Shown: positions 1 through 15,951, numbered from the stretch's first letter. The stretch is 64,000 bases of DNA from Eledone cirrhosa (GCA_964016885.1 OZ024760.1:15004001-15068000), one strand, 5' to 3'. The notes: generated by a model from the letters alone, not told the origin. Translations and numbers: made by a program.

Positions 1-96
1 TCCCTATACACACACGCTGGGGTAAGGACTGTCTAGAAGAACTATTGGTGAGGTAAAGAAAGGTTGCTAAGGTTATGGTAAGAGAGAGAGTGGGAC

Positions 97-146
<50 letters not shown>

Positions 147-389
147 TCACTGACAGATAGATAGATATATAAAGAGTGAGAAAGAGAGAGAGGAGAAGAG
201 AGAGAGAGTGAGGGAGAGAGAGTGAGAGAGAGAGGGGGGTGGAGTGGCAGAAAGCTGGCCTGTAATACAAACAAGAACCAATTGGAGAATAAGACGGTTG
301 AAATGAGGCAGACTATCATAAACTATGGAAACACATTGGGACAACAATAACTGAAAGAAGACGCATGAATGTTTTATAGCTGTATGTGA

Positions 390-494
<105 letters not shown>

Positions 495-611
495 TGTGTG
501 TGTGTGTGTGTTTTGTACTAAATCGCACTGTTAAACGTTAATGATAAAATTGTTATCAATTGTCGAACACATTAAAATTCATAAGATACATATACGCAAG
601 TGTATATGGAT

Positions 612-704
<93 letters not shown>

Positions 705-769
705 TGTATATTATATATATAAAAAGATATATTTATATACATGTATATATACATACATATATATATATA

Positions 770-819
<50 letters not shown>

Positions 820-827
820 TATATATA

Positions 828-897
<70 letters not shown>

Positions 898-971
898 ATA
901 TATATATATGTGTGTGTTTATATATATATATAAACTAGATAGGTAGATAGATACATAGATAGATAAATAAA

Positions 972-1010
<39 letters not shown>

Positions 1011-1268
1011 TGTGAAGCAATTCAGACTTTATTGAGCTTCATTGCAAAGTAGTGCAAGTCATATAATGATTAAATGTTTGTGTATTTATGTAAGATGTAG
1101 AATATATTTTGTTAGCCAAGTTGACATCTAGGAGACAGCTTGACTTCCACAACAGAAACATCGAGAAAGATATCTTTATATACATATATATATATGTGTG
1201 TGCATGGATATGTACATATGTATATATATATATTGTATACTGTATATATAATATATATATATATATAC

Positions 1269-1416
<148 letters not shown>

Positions 1417-1457
1417 GTATATATATTATGTATATATATATATATATATATATTATG

Positions 1458-1490
<33 letters not shown>

Positions 1491-1585
1491 TATGTATATA
1501 TATATATTCCTTCCCCCTCTTTCGATATCACTCCGGTTTTCTTTCACTTCATTTCCGTTTCCGGTTTTATTCATCGCCAGATTCC

Positions 1586-1631
<46 letters not shown>

Positions 1632-1791
1632 CACTCAATACATTTTAGGATCCTTTATATATATCCATATATATCCATATATATCTATATCTATCTTTAG
1701 AATTAATAAAAACCAATTATTCAAAGCATAATACAAATTATATTTGAGAAACACAAATAAGATAAAGAAATATTTACCTATTTGATTAGAG

Positions 1792-2084
1792 CAGACATGG
1801 GCAACCTTTTTCTAGAAGCGGGCCGCATGAGATATGGCTCATCACCAGGCGGGCCGCAAGTGCTAATTTACATTGGTGCCGACATTAAAAAAAAACGGTG
1901 GTAACTCAGGTTGCTTTGATTTGTTTCTTCAGAATTCGTACACATTGTTTTCCTGGATCGTAAAAAGGCTAGAAAGATAAATTACGATTGAAAAGTTGGG
2001 GTAAAAAAAATCAGAAAGGTTTCACTTAGGTGACTTAGGCGAGCCATTCAGAAAGCTTCGTGGGCCGCAGGTTACCCATGACTG
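1792..2084. mobile_element. hAT/Charlie-type MITE
   Basis: TIRs CAGACATGGGCAAC / GTTACCCATGACTG, subterminal GGGCCGCA motifs, imperfect 8-bp TSD gattagag/acttagag. Confidence 0.75.
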
Positions 2085-2504
2085 ACTTAGAGCGTCTCTA
2101 CTGCAATTTCATTGAGAAAAACCTCAACATTTTGAGTTGTGGAAACCTCAACTTATCAGGGACCATTTTTCAAACGAGAAAGAATTAATCTAAGTAATTC
2201 GCTATAAGCGAGAATTTCGAACAGGAGAATTAAAACGAACCAACATTACAGGTACAATATATTTTCAAAGATCTACCAACTATGAACAAGATCTTTTAGA
2301 GTATGGAGGCAAAGCAAGGAAACTTTTAACTAACTGTTTTACTGTTGTCCTTGTTTCTCACCATTTTTATAAATTCTTGCAGATTTTGCCTCCATTTTTC
2401 ATCCTCTATCTTTCCATTTTTCGTTCTCAGGGCCTTTACTCTTTTCTCTGTTCCAGCCATCCTGCTGAGGCCATGCTGAGGCACTAGATTTTTTTCTTCT
2501 AAAC

Positions 2505-2728
2505 TATAAGGTGTATTAGATCTTTGTCTCTTATAGCTAAATTATAAGGTGTATTAGATCATTGTCTCTTATAGCTAAATTGTAAGGTGTATTAGATCTT
2601 TGACTCTTATAGCTAAATTATAAGGTGTATTAGATCTTTGTCTCTTATAGCTAAATTATAAGGTATATTAGATCTTTGTCTCTTATAGCTAAATTATAAG
2701 GTGTATTAGATCTTTGTCTCTTATAGCT
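2505..2728. repeat. 38-bp minisatellite, about 6 copies
   Basis: Unit TATAAGGTGTATTAGATCTTTGTCTCTTATAGCTAAAT. Confidence 0.9.
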
Positions 2729-2837
2729 TAGTAGCTCTCTACGAACGTTTAAATTAATTGAAGAACTCAATATGTATAATTGTGTAAATTTATATGTTGA
2801 TTTATTCATTTTCTTGCAGCATTACTACGATTTTTTA

Positions 2838-2931
<94 letters not shown>

Positions 2932-2962
2932 ATCTATATATATGTATATATCTCTCTCTTTC

Positions 2963-2993
<31 letters not shown>

Positions 2994-3047
2994 CTGCATA
3001 TATATATATATTTATATATATATGTGTGTGTGTGTGTGTATATATAT

Positions 3048-3078
<31 letters not shown>

Positions 3079-3111
3079 AATATATATATATAAATACATA
3101 TACATATATAT

Positions 3112-3169
<58 letters not shown>

Positions 3170-3217
3170 ATATATATATATACATATATATATATATAAA
3201 TACATATATATAAATAC

Positions 3218-3248
<31 letters not shown>

Positions 3249-3733
3249 CACATACAAACATACATGCATATATATACACTCCACACCACCCCTCCTTTAC
3301 TAACATACAAACATAAGCAGCCACCGCCAGAACATGGATAGTGAGACAAATAATCCTCCACAGTGATAGTATTGTTAAATGTTGATAGAAGAGCTTTATC
3401 TTATAGATAATGTTGCTTTAATAGAAATGTAAAGTGAGAGGAGTAGGAGGAGCTGATGGGAGGAGGGGTGAGAGGGTGAGAAGTAGGGGGGGGGGGGGGG
3501 GGATTCCGTTGTTGATAATGTTTATTATAGTGTTAAGTGTTATGATGTTGTTGTTTACTTTTGATGTTGTTTATGTTTATATTGTATGTTTGTATTATGT
3601 ATATATATATATATAAAGGTTTACATATATATATATACATACATACATATACGTGTTTTGCAACGGGTCACATTGTGGCTCAATGAAAAGTTAATAAATT
3701 AAATAATCCTGGTGATTCTATAGACATGTTTTA

Positions 3734-3779
<46 letters not shown>

Positions 3780-3781
<2 letters not shown>

Positions 3782-4380
3782 TGCCAACTCGTTTTCGAGT
3801 ACGGCCACTACTTTATATCCATGTAGGAGAACCCCTACCGATGCGCTGAACGAATGTGACTTTTTAGTCCAGCCAGCGACTTGAAAACTCTGGTACAAAC
3901 ACTACACTTGTGACAATTATTGACACATAGTGCTGGGCCCATGGTACCATGTGACGACAAGTGCAGAGAGATCTCCAGATATAAAGCAATGCCTGTGCCG
4001 TGAAGCTTGTATAGTGAGCAAAGGCACTGCACAAAGCCAGTCCCACTCTCTTAACCAAGATGATATTTACCAAAAAGAAGAACAAGTCAACATCATTGGA
4101 TACCATCAGGGTTGCAGGTGTTATATCAGAGTTTTCCTTCTCCTAGAATTCTGCCTTGACAAAGGCTAAGGGTCATCTCTCCCAGTGATTTTGGATGGCC
4201 ATTGACTCTTAAGAGCTCCTTTGTCCTTTGACAGGTTTTGTTTTTAGTCCTGCAGGATGTCCAAAGTCACCCTACTCACCAAGAAACCTTGGTGGGGTTG
4301 CCAGTTTAGTTGCCAACCCGACCATGAGACAGGTTGTACTGGGATACATGTTACCAGTAGCACCAACTGGTGACCTGACA
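3780..4380 (-). mobile_element. Degenerate non-LTR retrotransposon (RTE-like) 3' remnant with C2H2 finger
   Basis: Minus ORF ends CSVCTRVFKSLAGLKSHIRSAHR*; fragmentary, with no splice context. Confidence 0.5.
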
Positions 4381-4591
4381 TAATATATATACTCATACAT
4401 ACATATATATATAAAAACAAATAACGAAACGAAATTAAATTTCGTTTCGTTTGTAACTCACTTTTGTATGACTGACGCTTAAACAATTAAGTTAAAAATT
4501 TACATCCACATATGTATACTGAAATATGTATGTGTATTCATATGCATACTAGTATTTCAGTATACATATGTGGATGTACATTTTTAACTTA

Positions 4592-4734
<143 letters not shown>

Positions 4735-4855
4735 TATATATACATATACATACATACATATATATATGCACATTCATACATACATACATACATCAATACA
4801 TACATATATATATACATATATATATATATATTCATACATACATATATATATATAT

Positions 4856-4952
<97 letters not shown>

Positions 4953-4980
4953 GAATGTAGAATGTATATATATATATATG

Positions 4981-5178
4981 TAAAAGGTAAACAGAATAAC
5001 AACACAATCAGTACAGTATATGGAAGGAATAGATTAGGTTAACGCTTGATATAGCAGGAAGAGGGTCTTAACGTTTCGGACGCTAGTCCTTCATCAGAAG
5101 AAAGAATGAGAAATTAGATAGATTGAGGGGACGGGCGGGGTGGGATTGGGAAAAATGTCTTTAGATAAAAAAATAACA
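4981..5178 (-). mobile_element. Penelope-like pLTR-type short element with hammerhead motif
   Basis: About 200 bp, closely similar to 58700-58891 in the opposite orientation; abuts (TA)n. Confidence 0.6.
5066..5101 (-). ncRNA. Minimal hammerhead-like motif (Penelope-type)
   Basis: UCUU-CUGAUGA-A-GGAC-UAGC-GUCC-GAAA-CG-UU-AAGA; one extra A after the core, palindromic AACGUU in the stem III position. Confidence 0.6.
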
Positions 5179-5184
5179 TCTCTT

Positions 5185-5430
5185 AGTCGGCGAATCGGCA
5201 GAATTGTTAAGACGTCAGATAGAATACTTTACGGTATTTATCCCCACCCCTCATTGTGCACTCTGAGTTCAAATCCAGCCGGGGTCAACTTTGCCTTTCA
5301 TCCTTTCAAGGTGGATAAAAAAAGTACCAGTCCAGTACTGGGGTCGATTCTTCCTCTATAGAAAAAATCGGCTGTGTTCAGACCTGGAGAGGGTTGGGTG
5401 GGCTCCGCAATGTTTAAAAGTGCCCTAGAC
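5185..5430 (+). mobile_element. tRNA-derived SINE (Meta-domain-like Octopus family)
   Basis: A/B-box head (GGCAGAAT...GAGTTCAAATCC) plus GCCTTTCATCCTT...GATAAAA...GTACCAG core; same tail as 47070-47312. Confidence 0.8.
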
Positions 5431-5530
5431 ATATAGTGTATTGGTGTGCAATGTTATATATGTATATATATATATTGTTATATATATATATATATTGTTA
5501 TATATGTATATATATATATTGTTATATATG

Positions 5531-5566
<36 letters not shown>

Positions 5567-5615
5567 TATATATATATTATATATATTGTTATATATGTAT
5601 ATATATATATTGTTA

Positions 5616-5663
<48 letters not shown>

Positions 5664-5674
5664 ATATATATTGT

Positions 5675-5710
<36 letters not shown>

Positions 5711-6367
5711 TATATGTGTGTATAGGGGAAAAAAGATGATATCGAAAATGCAACTGGAGCCTTTTTAAGAATATTTATTTACCGGTTTCACAGTTCTTAT
5801 GCTTTCAAAAGTAGAATTGAGATGGGGGGGGGGTTCTCATATATATATATACATATGTAGCTCAATACTAAACAGGTCCACAAAAGTCTTTCACTCCCAC
5901 CTTGCCCATCTCCACCTACCTATCTGTCTCTAACAGGAGCACCACCCACCCGCCATCTTAAATATATAAAATATAACCACCCGCGCAAACACAAACCAAG
6001 TCACCTCAGTTCTGCAATCGACAATACCTCCACCACCAGAACATAAGCAGAACTACTACAACCATAATCACCACCACCAGCACAAACAACAACAACAACA
6101 ACAACAACACTACCACTACCACCTCCACCTCCACTACAACCACCACCACCACCACCACTACCAATAAACGTTTCCTCGGCTAAATGGCAACGGAATAATC
6201 CTACATTGTTCTAGCTTTCCATCTACCTCTTTCTTCTTCTTCTTCTTCTTCTTCTTCTTCTTCTTCTTCCGGGATCCCATTATTTCAGGGGAGGTACCAT
6301 TGTTTAGGGAGCTGTTTGTTGTTTCTGTGTCCCTAATGAGGAACAGGTCACATATTATATTTGTACT

Positions 6368-7250
6368 TGTGGTGGTGGTGGTGGTGGTATTTGTTGCGGT
6401 GGTGGTGGCGGTGGTGTTGGTGGTTGCTACGGTGGTGGCGGTGGTGTTGGTAGTTGCTACGGTGGTAGTGGTGGCGGTGGTGTTGGTGGTTGCTACGGTG
6501 GTGGTGATGGTGGCGGTGGTGTTGGTGGTTGCTTCGGTGGTGGCGGTGGTGTTGGTGGTTGCTACGGTGGTAGTGGTGGTGGTGGTGGTGGTGGTGGTGG
6601 TGGTGGTGGTGGTGGTTGCTACGGTGGTGGTGGTGGTGTTGGTGGTTGCTACGGTGGTAGTGGTGGTGGTGGTGTTGGTGGTTGCTACGGTGGTGGTGAT
6701 GGTATTTGTTGCGGTGGTAGTGGTGGCGGTGTTGGTGGTTGCTACGGTGGTGGCGGTGGTGTTGGTAGTTGCTACGGTGGTAGTGGTGGCGGTGGTGTTG
6801 GTGGTTGCTACGGTGGTGGCGGTGGTGTTGGTAGTTGCTACGGTGGTAGTGGTGGCGGTGGTGTTGGTGGTTGCTACGGTGGTGGTGATGGTGGCGGTGG
6901 TGTTGGTGGTTGCTTCGGTGGTGGCGGTGGTGTTGGTGGTTGCTACGGTGGTAGTGGTGGTGGTGGTGGTGGTGGTGGTGGTGGCGGTGGTGTTGGTGGT
7001 TGCTACGGTGGTGGTGATGGTGGCGGTGGTGTTGGTGGTTGCTTCGGTGGTAGTGGTGGTGGTGGTGGTGGTGGTGGTGGTGGCGGTGGTGGTGGTGGTG
7101 GTGGTTGCTACGGTGGTGGTGGTGGTGGTGGTGTTGGTGGTTGCTACGGTGGTAGTGGTGGTGGTGATAGTGGTGATGGGGCAACGGTTATGGTGGTGGT
7201 AGGGGTGGCAGTGGAAGTGGTGGTGGTGGTGGTGGTGGTGGTGGTGGAGG
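6368..7250. repeat. (GGT)n-derived higher-order repeat
   Basis: Recurring GGTGGTGTTGGTGGTTGCTAC units. Confidence 0.9.
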
Positions 7251-7314
7251 GGATTGGCAGTAGCAGTAAAAGTGGTGGCCATGCTGTTGTTGCTGTTATT
7301 ATTGGTGGTGTAAT

Positions 7315-7730
7315 GGCGGCAGGTTGGCAGAATCGGTAGAGCGTCGTACACCATGTTTCATAGCATAGATTTAACTTTGCCTTTCTTCATTACTGGGTCG
7401 ATGAAATAAAGTACCAGTAATGCTCTAGGGTTGACTTAATCGGATTTGCCTGCCCCCGATACTGACCCCAAAAACTGCCCCCAAAAACCATCATTGGTCT
7501 TATTAAGGGCGGTGCATTGGCAGTATCAGTAGAGCGTGGGACAGAATATTTTGCGGCATATAGTTACGGCCCTTTACGTTCTGAGTTCAAACGTAATCGC
7601 CGACGTAATTTTGCCTTCCATCCTTGTGGGGTTAAATAAAATAAAGTACCAGTAACGTACTGGGGTCAATTTAATCGAATTTACCTCTCTGCTCAAATTA
7701 CTGACCTTATACTAAAAGGAGAAATAATTA
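7315..7730 (+). mobile_element. Two tandem SINE copies (Meta-domain-like)
   Basis: TTGGCAG heads, GAGTTCAAA B box and AAAGTACCAG core occur twice. Confidence 0.75.
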
Positions 7731-7799
7731 CTGGTGGGGGGGGGTATTGTAGTGGTGATAGCTTCTATTTCTAGCAGGTCCAACGACTATGCTGTTGGT

Positions 7800-7838
<39 letters not shown>

Positions 7839-7890
7839 CAGCAGCAGCAGCAACAGTAGTAGTAGTAGCAGCAGTAGTAGCAGCAGCAAC

Positions 7891-7937
<47 letters not shown>

Positions 7938-8008
7938 TGGTAGTAGTAGTGGTGGTGGTGGTGGTGGTAGTAGTAGTAGCAGCACCAGTAGTAGTAGTAG
8001 CAGTAGTG

Positions 8009-8045
<37 letters not shown>

Positions 8046-8591
8046 CAGTAGTAGTAGTAGTAGTAGCAGCAGTAGTAGTAGTAGCGGAATTTACGTTCAA
8101 CATCTGGTACATTGACTTTTGTTTCAGAAATGGTATTTTTATTTATGTATTCACACCAATGCACAATACATACACATACACACATACATATATACACACA
8201 TACACACATACACATATATACACATACACACATACACACATACATATATATACACATACACATACATATATACACACATACACATACATATATACACATA
8301 CACATACACACATACATATATACATAGACACATATGCACATACATATATACATATACAAATATACACATGCACATGCACGCACGCACACACCCACACATA
8401 AATATATACACACACATACACATACATAAATACACACATTCTCACATACAGACACACATTCTCTGCGACACTTTCTCACTTTTTCACACGGACACATACA
8501 CACAAAAACATCTGCATACACACACACACACATAAATATATACACACATACACACCCGAATACCAGCACTCATACACACACACACACCCAC

Positions 8592-8622
<31 letters not shown>

Positions 8623-9128
8623 TAAATACACACATTCTCATACACAGACACACATTCTCTCTAACACACTTTCTCAGTTTTTCACACGGACGCAAATACA
8701 CTCCAGACATGTGTATTTACATGTGTTAGCATCATTTAGTAGTCGACTTAAAACATCGCCCTGTTTAACGCCACCAACACCTGACCATCGAGGGCTTTTT
8801 GTAGAATACACTCTATTACAACCATTTGGGCCAGATCTTTCTTTGTGGATAACTTATAAGAAAGACCAGCAGATGGGTATTTAGCGCCATAGGCTCGCTT
8901 TACAGTGTGTACTCTCTTCCCACTGTTATGCGTGCCCTATTCTACCAAATAAAATTAATTTAGGGAGACTTCTGGTGTCCTAGGCTCTAAGAACACCTCA
9001 CTACTCACCACCATCGGCACAGAGTTGGCAACCCGCTGGTGAAACGCCTTCTCTATTCTATCTGCCGTAGCGGCGGGGCTCCATTTGCTCTTTTCAGATG
9101 AAAGACTTATGTCCGATACGTTTTTTTT

Positions 9129-9175
<47 letters not shown>

Positions 9176-9228
9176 TCTCATCTCCATTCCCAAGCATGAA
9201 AATAAGACGTTGTATTTTTGCAAGTCTG

Positions 9229-9292
<64 letters not shown>

Positions 9293-9415
9293 GTGTGTGC
9301 GTGTGTGTGTATGTGTTTATATATACTTATATATAAATATATGCATTGGGTGTGTAAGCGTGGGGGAATAAGTGACTGTGTGTGGCAACAACAGCAGCAG
9401 CAGTAGCAGTAGCAA

Positions 9416-9489
<74 letters not shown>

Positions 9490-10024
9490 CTAGTAGCAGC
9501 AGCAGCAGCCAATGAGGTTAGCAACGGACGCTCTTCCGAGCAACCAACCAACCAACCAGCCGACCTACCAGGCAGCCGACCACCAAACCGGAAGTACCTG
9601 TTTTCGCATTAATCTCGCCATTTAAATAATTGTTTGCTTTGCTCTTCTCTGCGTCATCCGGGTATTTCCTGGCACGCGTTTCTTGTGTTGTGTGTGCGCG
9701 TGCGCTCGTGTGTGTGTGTGTAAGGATGTGTGTGTATGTGTAAGCATGTGCATGTGAATGTGTGTGTGTACGTGTCTGTATGTATAAGCATGTAGGTGTG
9801 TGGGGGGGGGGGGTGTATATATAAGCATATAGGTGCGTGTGTACGTGTATGTATATGCATATAGGTGTGTGTGTGTGTATATGCATATAGGTGTGTGTGT
9901 GTGTATATGCATATAAGTGTGTGTGTGTGTATGCATATAGGTGTGTGTGAATGCATGCATATAGGTGTATGTGTGTGTGTATATATGCATATAGGTGTGT
10001 GTTTGTATGTATATATGCATGTAG

Positions 10025-10097
<73 letters not shown>

Positions 10098-11464
10098 TAT
10101 AGGCGTATGTATGTACATATATGCATATAGGTGTGTGTGTACGTTTGTGAGTGTATGTGTGTATGTATATGTATATAGGTGTGTGTGTACGTGAGTGTGT
10201 GTGTATGTGTATGCATATAGGGGGTACGTGAGTGTGTGTGTATGTATATGCATATAGGGGTGTACCTGGGTCTGTGTGTATGTATATGCATATAGGGGTG
10301 TACGTGAGTGTGTGTGTGTGTGTATGCATATAGGTGTGTGTGTGTGTGCGTGTATGTTTAGGAGTGTTTGATTTGTCGATGTTTTTGTAGTTATTGTTGT
10401 TTTTGTTATTCTTGTTTTTGTTAATTTTATTGCTATTGTTGCTATTGTTGTTGGTGCTGTAATAATTGTTGTTGTTGTTGTTGGTCAGAGGAGGTGGTGT
10501 CGTGTAAGGGGTGAGGTAGGAGGTGTGTTATCCATTCCACTCATAGTATATAAGATGGCTTCCGTTTGATGTGATCACGTGTAAATTTTATTTAACAGAA
10601 ATAATTAAAATGAAAATTGGTGGTAGCGGTGGTGGTGGTGATGGTGGTGGTGGTGGTGGTGGTGGTGATATTGGTGGTCGTGATGGTGATATTGGTGGTT
10701 ATAATGATGGTGGTGGTGATGGTGGTGGTGGTGGTGATATTGGTGGTTATAATGGTGGTGGTGGTGGAGGTGGTGGTGGTGGTGGTCGTGATGGTGATAT
10801 TGGTGGTTATAATGATGGTGGTGGTGGTGGTGGTGGTGGTGGCTGAGTGCTGTGTTATATAAATGGTTGGGTGGTTGGCTTGAAGGTTGACAGGATGGTT
10901 CCCAGGATGGTTGGATGGATGGACGGTTGGATGGTTGGATGGTTGGATGGTTGGACGGTTGGATGGTTGGATGGTTAACTAGAGGGAGGCAGTGTCTGGT
11001 TGGTATAAAATATGTAGGAAAGCAATGATGATAAGTAGGGGTGCTTTCAGCCAGACCTAGGGCTAAACAGCAACAACACCACCACCATCAACAACAACAC
11101 CCACAACACCACCAACAACAACAACAACAATGTCCTATCCTCATCAATGGAAGAAGATGGCGTCTGTTTAGTGAGACATCGTAAAACAATGACACAATTT
11201 GTAGGTTTGTTTCAGCTTTTTTGTACAAATAACTGTTAAAGTTCAGTTGGATACGATGAGGAGGGAAATTTGATATCTGTAATATATATATGTGTGTGTA
11301 TGTGTGTGTGTGTGTGCGTGCATGTGTGTGTGTATGAATGTGTGTTTGCATGTATGTATATATGTATGTAAGCATGTATGTATATATATATATATTATAT
11401 ATATATATATATATGTATGCATGCATGTATGTATGTATAAATATATATATATGTATAAATATAT

Positions 11465-11599
<135 letters not shown>

Positions 11600-12189
11600 T
11601 GTGTGTACCTTGCTAGTCAACCCAATAGAAATTTCAGAAAGCCCAGTCTCTCGGGGGTTAGGAGCGGTCAGCAAGTAAAATGATACTCAACACCACCACC
11701 ACCATCGCCACCACCACCAACATAGCCACCACCATCATCACCACCACTACCATTACCACCACCACCTTTATTACCACCACCAACAACAACACAACCACCA
11801 CGACTACCACCACAATCACCGCCATTACCACAAACACCATTGCCGCCACCATCATCATCACAACCACTACCATAACCACCACTACCTCCATCACTTCCAC
11901 CATCAACATTGCCACCACCATCATCACTCCTACCAATACCACCACTACCACCACCTCCACCACCAACCCCACCACCACCACCAATATAAAACAAAAATCG
12001 ATGCTTTTAATGGACGACATATTAAATATAATACTTATCAAATAATCCCCCACCTCACCCTCCCCCCCCCCCCCGTCTCATCACCCACTTCACCCTCTTC
12101 ACCCACCTCACCCTCCTCACCCTTCCTCCCCCCGTCTCACCACCCTTCCTCATGCCTCTCTTCCAACAAATCCAAAACGATTCAAGTAT

Positions 12190-12495
12190 AGTCAAACAAT
12201 GTCAAACAATGTCAAACAATGTCAAACAACGTCAAATATAATCAAACAACGTCACACAACGTCAAACAATGTCATGTATCATCAAACAACGCCAAACGTC
12301 AAAATAGCTTCAAACAATGACCAACAACACCAAACAACGTCAAACAACGTCAGACAACGTGAAAACAACTTCAAACAACGTTTAATAACACTAACCAACG
12401 TCAAAATAACGCTAAACAACTCTAAACACCGTCAGACAACGTCAAATTACATTAGACAACGTCAAATTACATCAAACAACCCTAAACAACGCTAG
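12190..12495. repeat. Degenerate 10-bp tandem repeat (GTCAAACAAC)n
   Basis: About 30 diverged units. Confidence 0.85.
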
Positions 12496-14012
12496 ACATA
12501 CAACGCCACAGTTATTTCTCAGATGCTAATGTTATGGACAAGAACGTAGAAGAGCGGAAATGTTTTGTGAGATTTAATTTTCCCGCCTTAAAATTGCTAT
12601 CAATGGCGTTTTGTACCAACTGAAGATGGCGGACAGCTGGTGACAGGATATCCGTTCAATTTTCAACACTCTTCACTTCCATTTAGAATCACCGGAAGAG
12701 AGCGGCGTTCTTTACGTGATTAAACTAAACTGCTTTATTCTCATCCATCAATTGTCTTCGGAGCTCTTAGGGTCTGTCTGTCTGTATGTCGAGCGATTTT
12801 TCCTCGTCGTCTTTATGTATATATGGACACAATACGCACGCTCGTGTGCACACACACATACACATACATACACACATATAAATATACACACAGACATACA
12901 CACATACACCATGCTCATACAAACATATACATACAGACAGACACAGAACACACACATGAACACAAACTCATACACACGCACACACACACACACATACATA
13001 CATACATACACATACACACATACACACGCATGAACACACACACATACATGAACACAAAAACTCATACACCCGATGGTGGTGGCGGTGGTAACACAGGTAG
13101 TTATGATGGTTGTGTTGGTGATGGTGATGATGGTGTTGGTGGTAGTGTTTGGAACCTTCAGTTTATGGACAATTTGTATAGCCCTGGGGTCAGGAAAAAC
13201 CTATCCTCTCCGACGTTCCAGCCACGACCATCCAAACTGGTTAAAGCCATTTTGACATTCCTAACTTCATCGTTTTAATTCCTCTTTCTCTCTCTGACCC
13301 TCTTCCTCCAACCATCCCCCCCCCTTTATTATTACATCATCTCCTACTTCTTACCTTCCCCTGCCACCTCCTCCTTCTCCTCTTCATTCTCCTCCTCCTC
13401 CTCCTCCTTTTTCTCCCTCTCCTCATACACTCCTTCCTTTTCTCACATTCCCCCTCCTATTCCTTATTCTCCTTCCTCCCCTTCCTCATACTCCCCTTCC
13501 TTTTCTCCCTTTTCGTACTCCTCCTGTTCCTCCTCCTCTTTGTCCTCCTTCTTTTCCTCCTCTTTCTCCTCCCTCTCCTCTTCTCATATTCCCCCTGTTC
13601 CTTTTTCTCACTTTTCTTCTTCCTCCTCCTCCTCAACTTCCTTCTCCCCCTCCCATTTATCCCCCCCCCCTTCCTCCCCATCACCCCTCTTCCTCCTCCT
13701 CACTATTGTTTCACTAACAGATGTTCACCATGAGCTACGGGAGAGGCATGAAGCTCACCACGTCCACATATAGTTTGGTTAACTTTGGTTGGAGTGGAGG
13801 AGGAGGAAAGAGTGTTTCTCGGGTCGTAACAAAACAAAGGTAACAACGTAGGGAATCAGGGTGAGTCATCACTAGGGGGTGCTAGAGGTGGTGGTGGTGG
13901 TGAAGAGAATGATGTCACTCACGGACACATACATGCCTTTTATATATATATATATATAGATGAGATTCTACAGGACTAGAACTGTTTCATTCTTTAGAAA
14001 TCATCAGGAATC

Positions 14013-14061
<49 letters not shown>

Positions 14062-14064
14062 GCA

Positions 14065-14116
<52 letters not shown>

Positions 14117-14122
14117 CATATA

Positions 14123-14157
<35 letters not shown>

Positions 14158-14229
14158 GTGTGTGTGTATGCATAGGTACATACGTACATACATATACATA
14201 TGTATATATACAAATATTTATCTAGATAT

Positions 14230-14311
<82 letters not shown>

Positions 14312-14949
14312 TTATATATATGTGTGTGTGTAAGTGTGTATGCGTGCGTCGTGTGTGAGTGTGTATGTATGTATGCGTATGTGTGCGTGAGTGTTATTTG
14401 TTCATTTTAGAGTTCCACCATTTAATATCATTCATCGAAAATCATCGTGGAACGGATATTGAGAATGGCTAACATACTAACATTTACAAACGAATGTATA
14501 CCCGCCATAGCTTAACCAAACGGAAACATAATTGAAAAAATGGCTACCGGAGTAACTTCCAATTATCAAATCTGACACTTCTGGGACGCAGACCATTGTC
14601 GTTTAGTCGTTAGTTTTGTCGTTAGTTTTGTGCAACCGCTTTATTTGTTTGACCGCTTTGAGAAAATCAAACAAGCATTGATGAAGACACCAGGTTAGCT
14701 AGAGTTATCGTCTGCTGGTTGTCAGAATAGAGGGTCGTCTGCAATTCAATGAAAATGGAAAACGACGACAACGACGACGACGACGAAGACGAAGAATAAG
14801 AAAGGAAAAAAAAAAGCTATTAAGAAACGTTAAACGTCAAACATGAAATAACAAACATCGATATATATAAAAATTTGAAATGTTTTGTTAGTTTTTCTTC
14901 TGATTTGTGACATAGAACCGGGAGGGAGTGGGGAGAAAATGACTTCTTA

Positions 14950-15220
14950 TCGATTGGCATTATCGGTAGAAGGTCGGACGCCATGCTTTGCAGCATAGAG
15001 TTACGGCTCTTTACGATCTGAGTTCAAATCTCGCCGAGGTTAACTTTGCCTTTCATCCTTACGGGGTCGATAAAATAAAGTACCAGTCACGCACTGGGGT
15101 CGATTTAATCGACTTTCCTTTTCTCCCAAATTGCTGGCCTTGTGCCTCAATTAGAAATCAGAATTAGAAGATTGGCAGAATCGTTCGAGCATCGGACAAA
15201 ATACTTTGTGGCATTTGGTC
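14950..15220 (+). mobile_element. SINE (Meta-domain-like) plus a partial second head
   Basis: Full head, core and TTGCTGGCCTTGTGCC tail. Confidence 0.8.
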
Positions 15221-15362
15221 TTATTGATGGGGTGGTGGTGATGGTGGTGGTGGAGGTGGTGGTGGTGGTGGTGTTGGTATTGGTGGTGTGGTGGTGGTGA
15301 TGTTGGCAGTGGTGGTGGTGGTGGTGATAGTGGTGGTGGCGGTGGTGGCAGTGGCAGTATTG

Positions 15363-15394
<32 letters not shown>

Positions 15395-15584
15395 GGTGGT
15401 GGCGGTGGCGATCTCGGCGGTGTTGGTGTCTTTAAAATACCAGATGTACCAGATGTAGAGATGTACAGATGCCGCGACAGGAAATTCTACGTGAAGAAGA
15501 AGCCCGATTCTCAGTGAACTCCACCTGTAAGCTGTTTGTATGTTTGTGTGGGGTGCAGTATGTGTCTGTATGAGTATATATATA

Positions 15585-15679
<95 letters not shown>

Positions 15680-15767
15680 CGGCAATTACAAACCTCAATA
15701 TGTCCGTAACCACAATAAAAGGGATACTTCGGTGCTACATAGCCGTAGTAAAGGGGAAAAAGCAGTA

Positions 15768-15814
<47 letters not shown>

Positions 15815-15869
15815 TCTCATATACACATATATGTATGTAATATCTAATACTTAATATATATATATATAC

Positions 15870-15951
<82 letters not shown>

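Noticed and set aside
3835-3910. C2H2 zinc finger as a host transcription-factor exon
   Set aside because: Single finger at the end of a decayed ORF within LINE-like sequence
6158-7354. 398-aa Thr-rich mucin-like ORF
   Set aside because: Built from (ACC)n-derived repeats, with no signal peptide or domain. The unique tail (6160-6330) could be an exon but has no supporting homology.
9598-9690. Possible minus-strand first exon (MARLMRKQ|GTACTT)
   Set aside because: Weak donor and no downstream exons could be linked; kept only as a YY1/ETS island
14950-15040. tRNA-like A/B boxes in SINE heads
   Set aside because: No complete cloverleaf; they are followed by SINE core and tail
15434-15530. Possible + strand exon ending CCT|GTAAGC
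   Set aside because: No recognisable protein and no convincing acceptor
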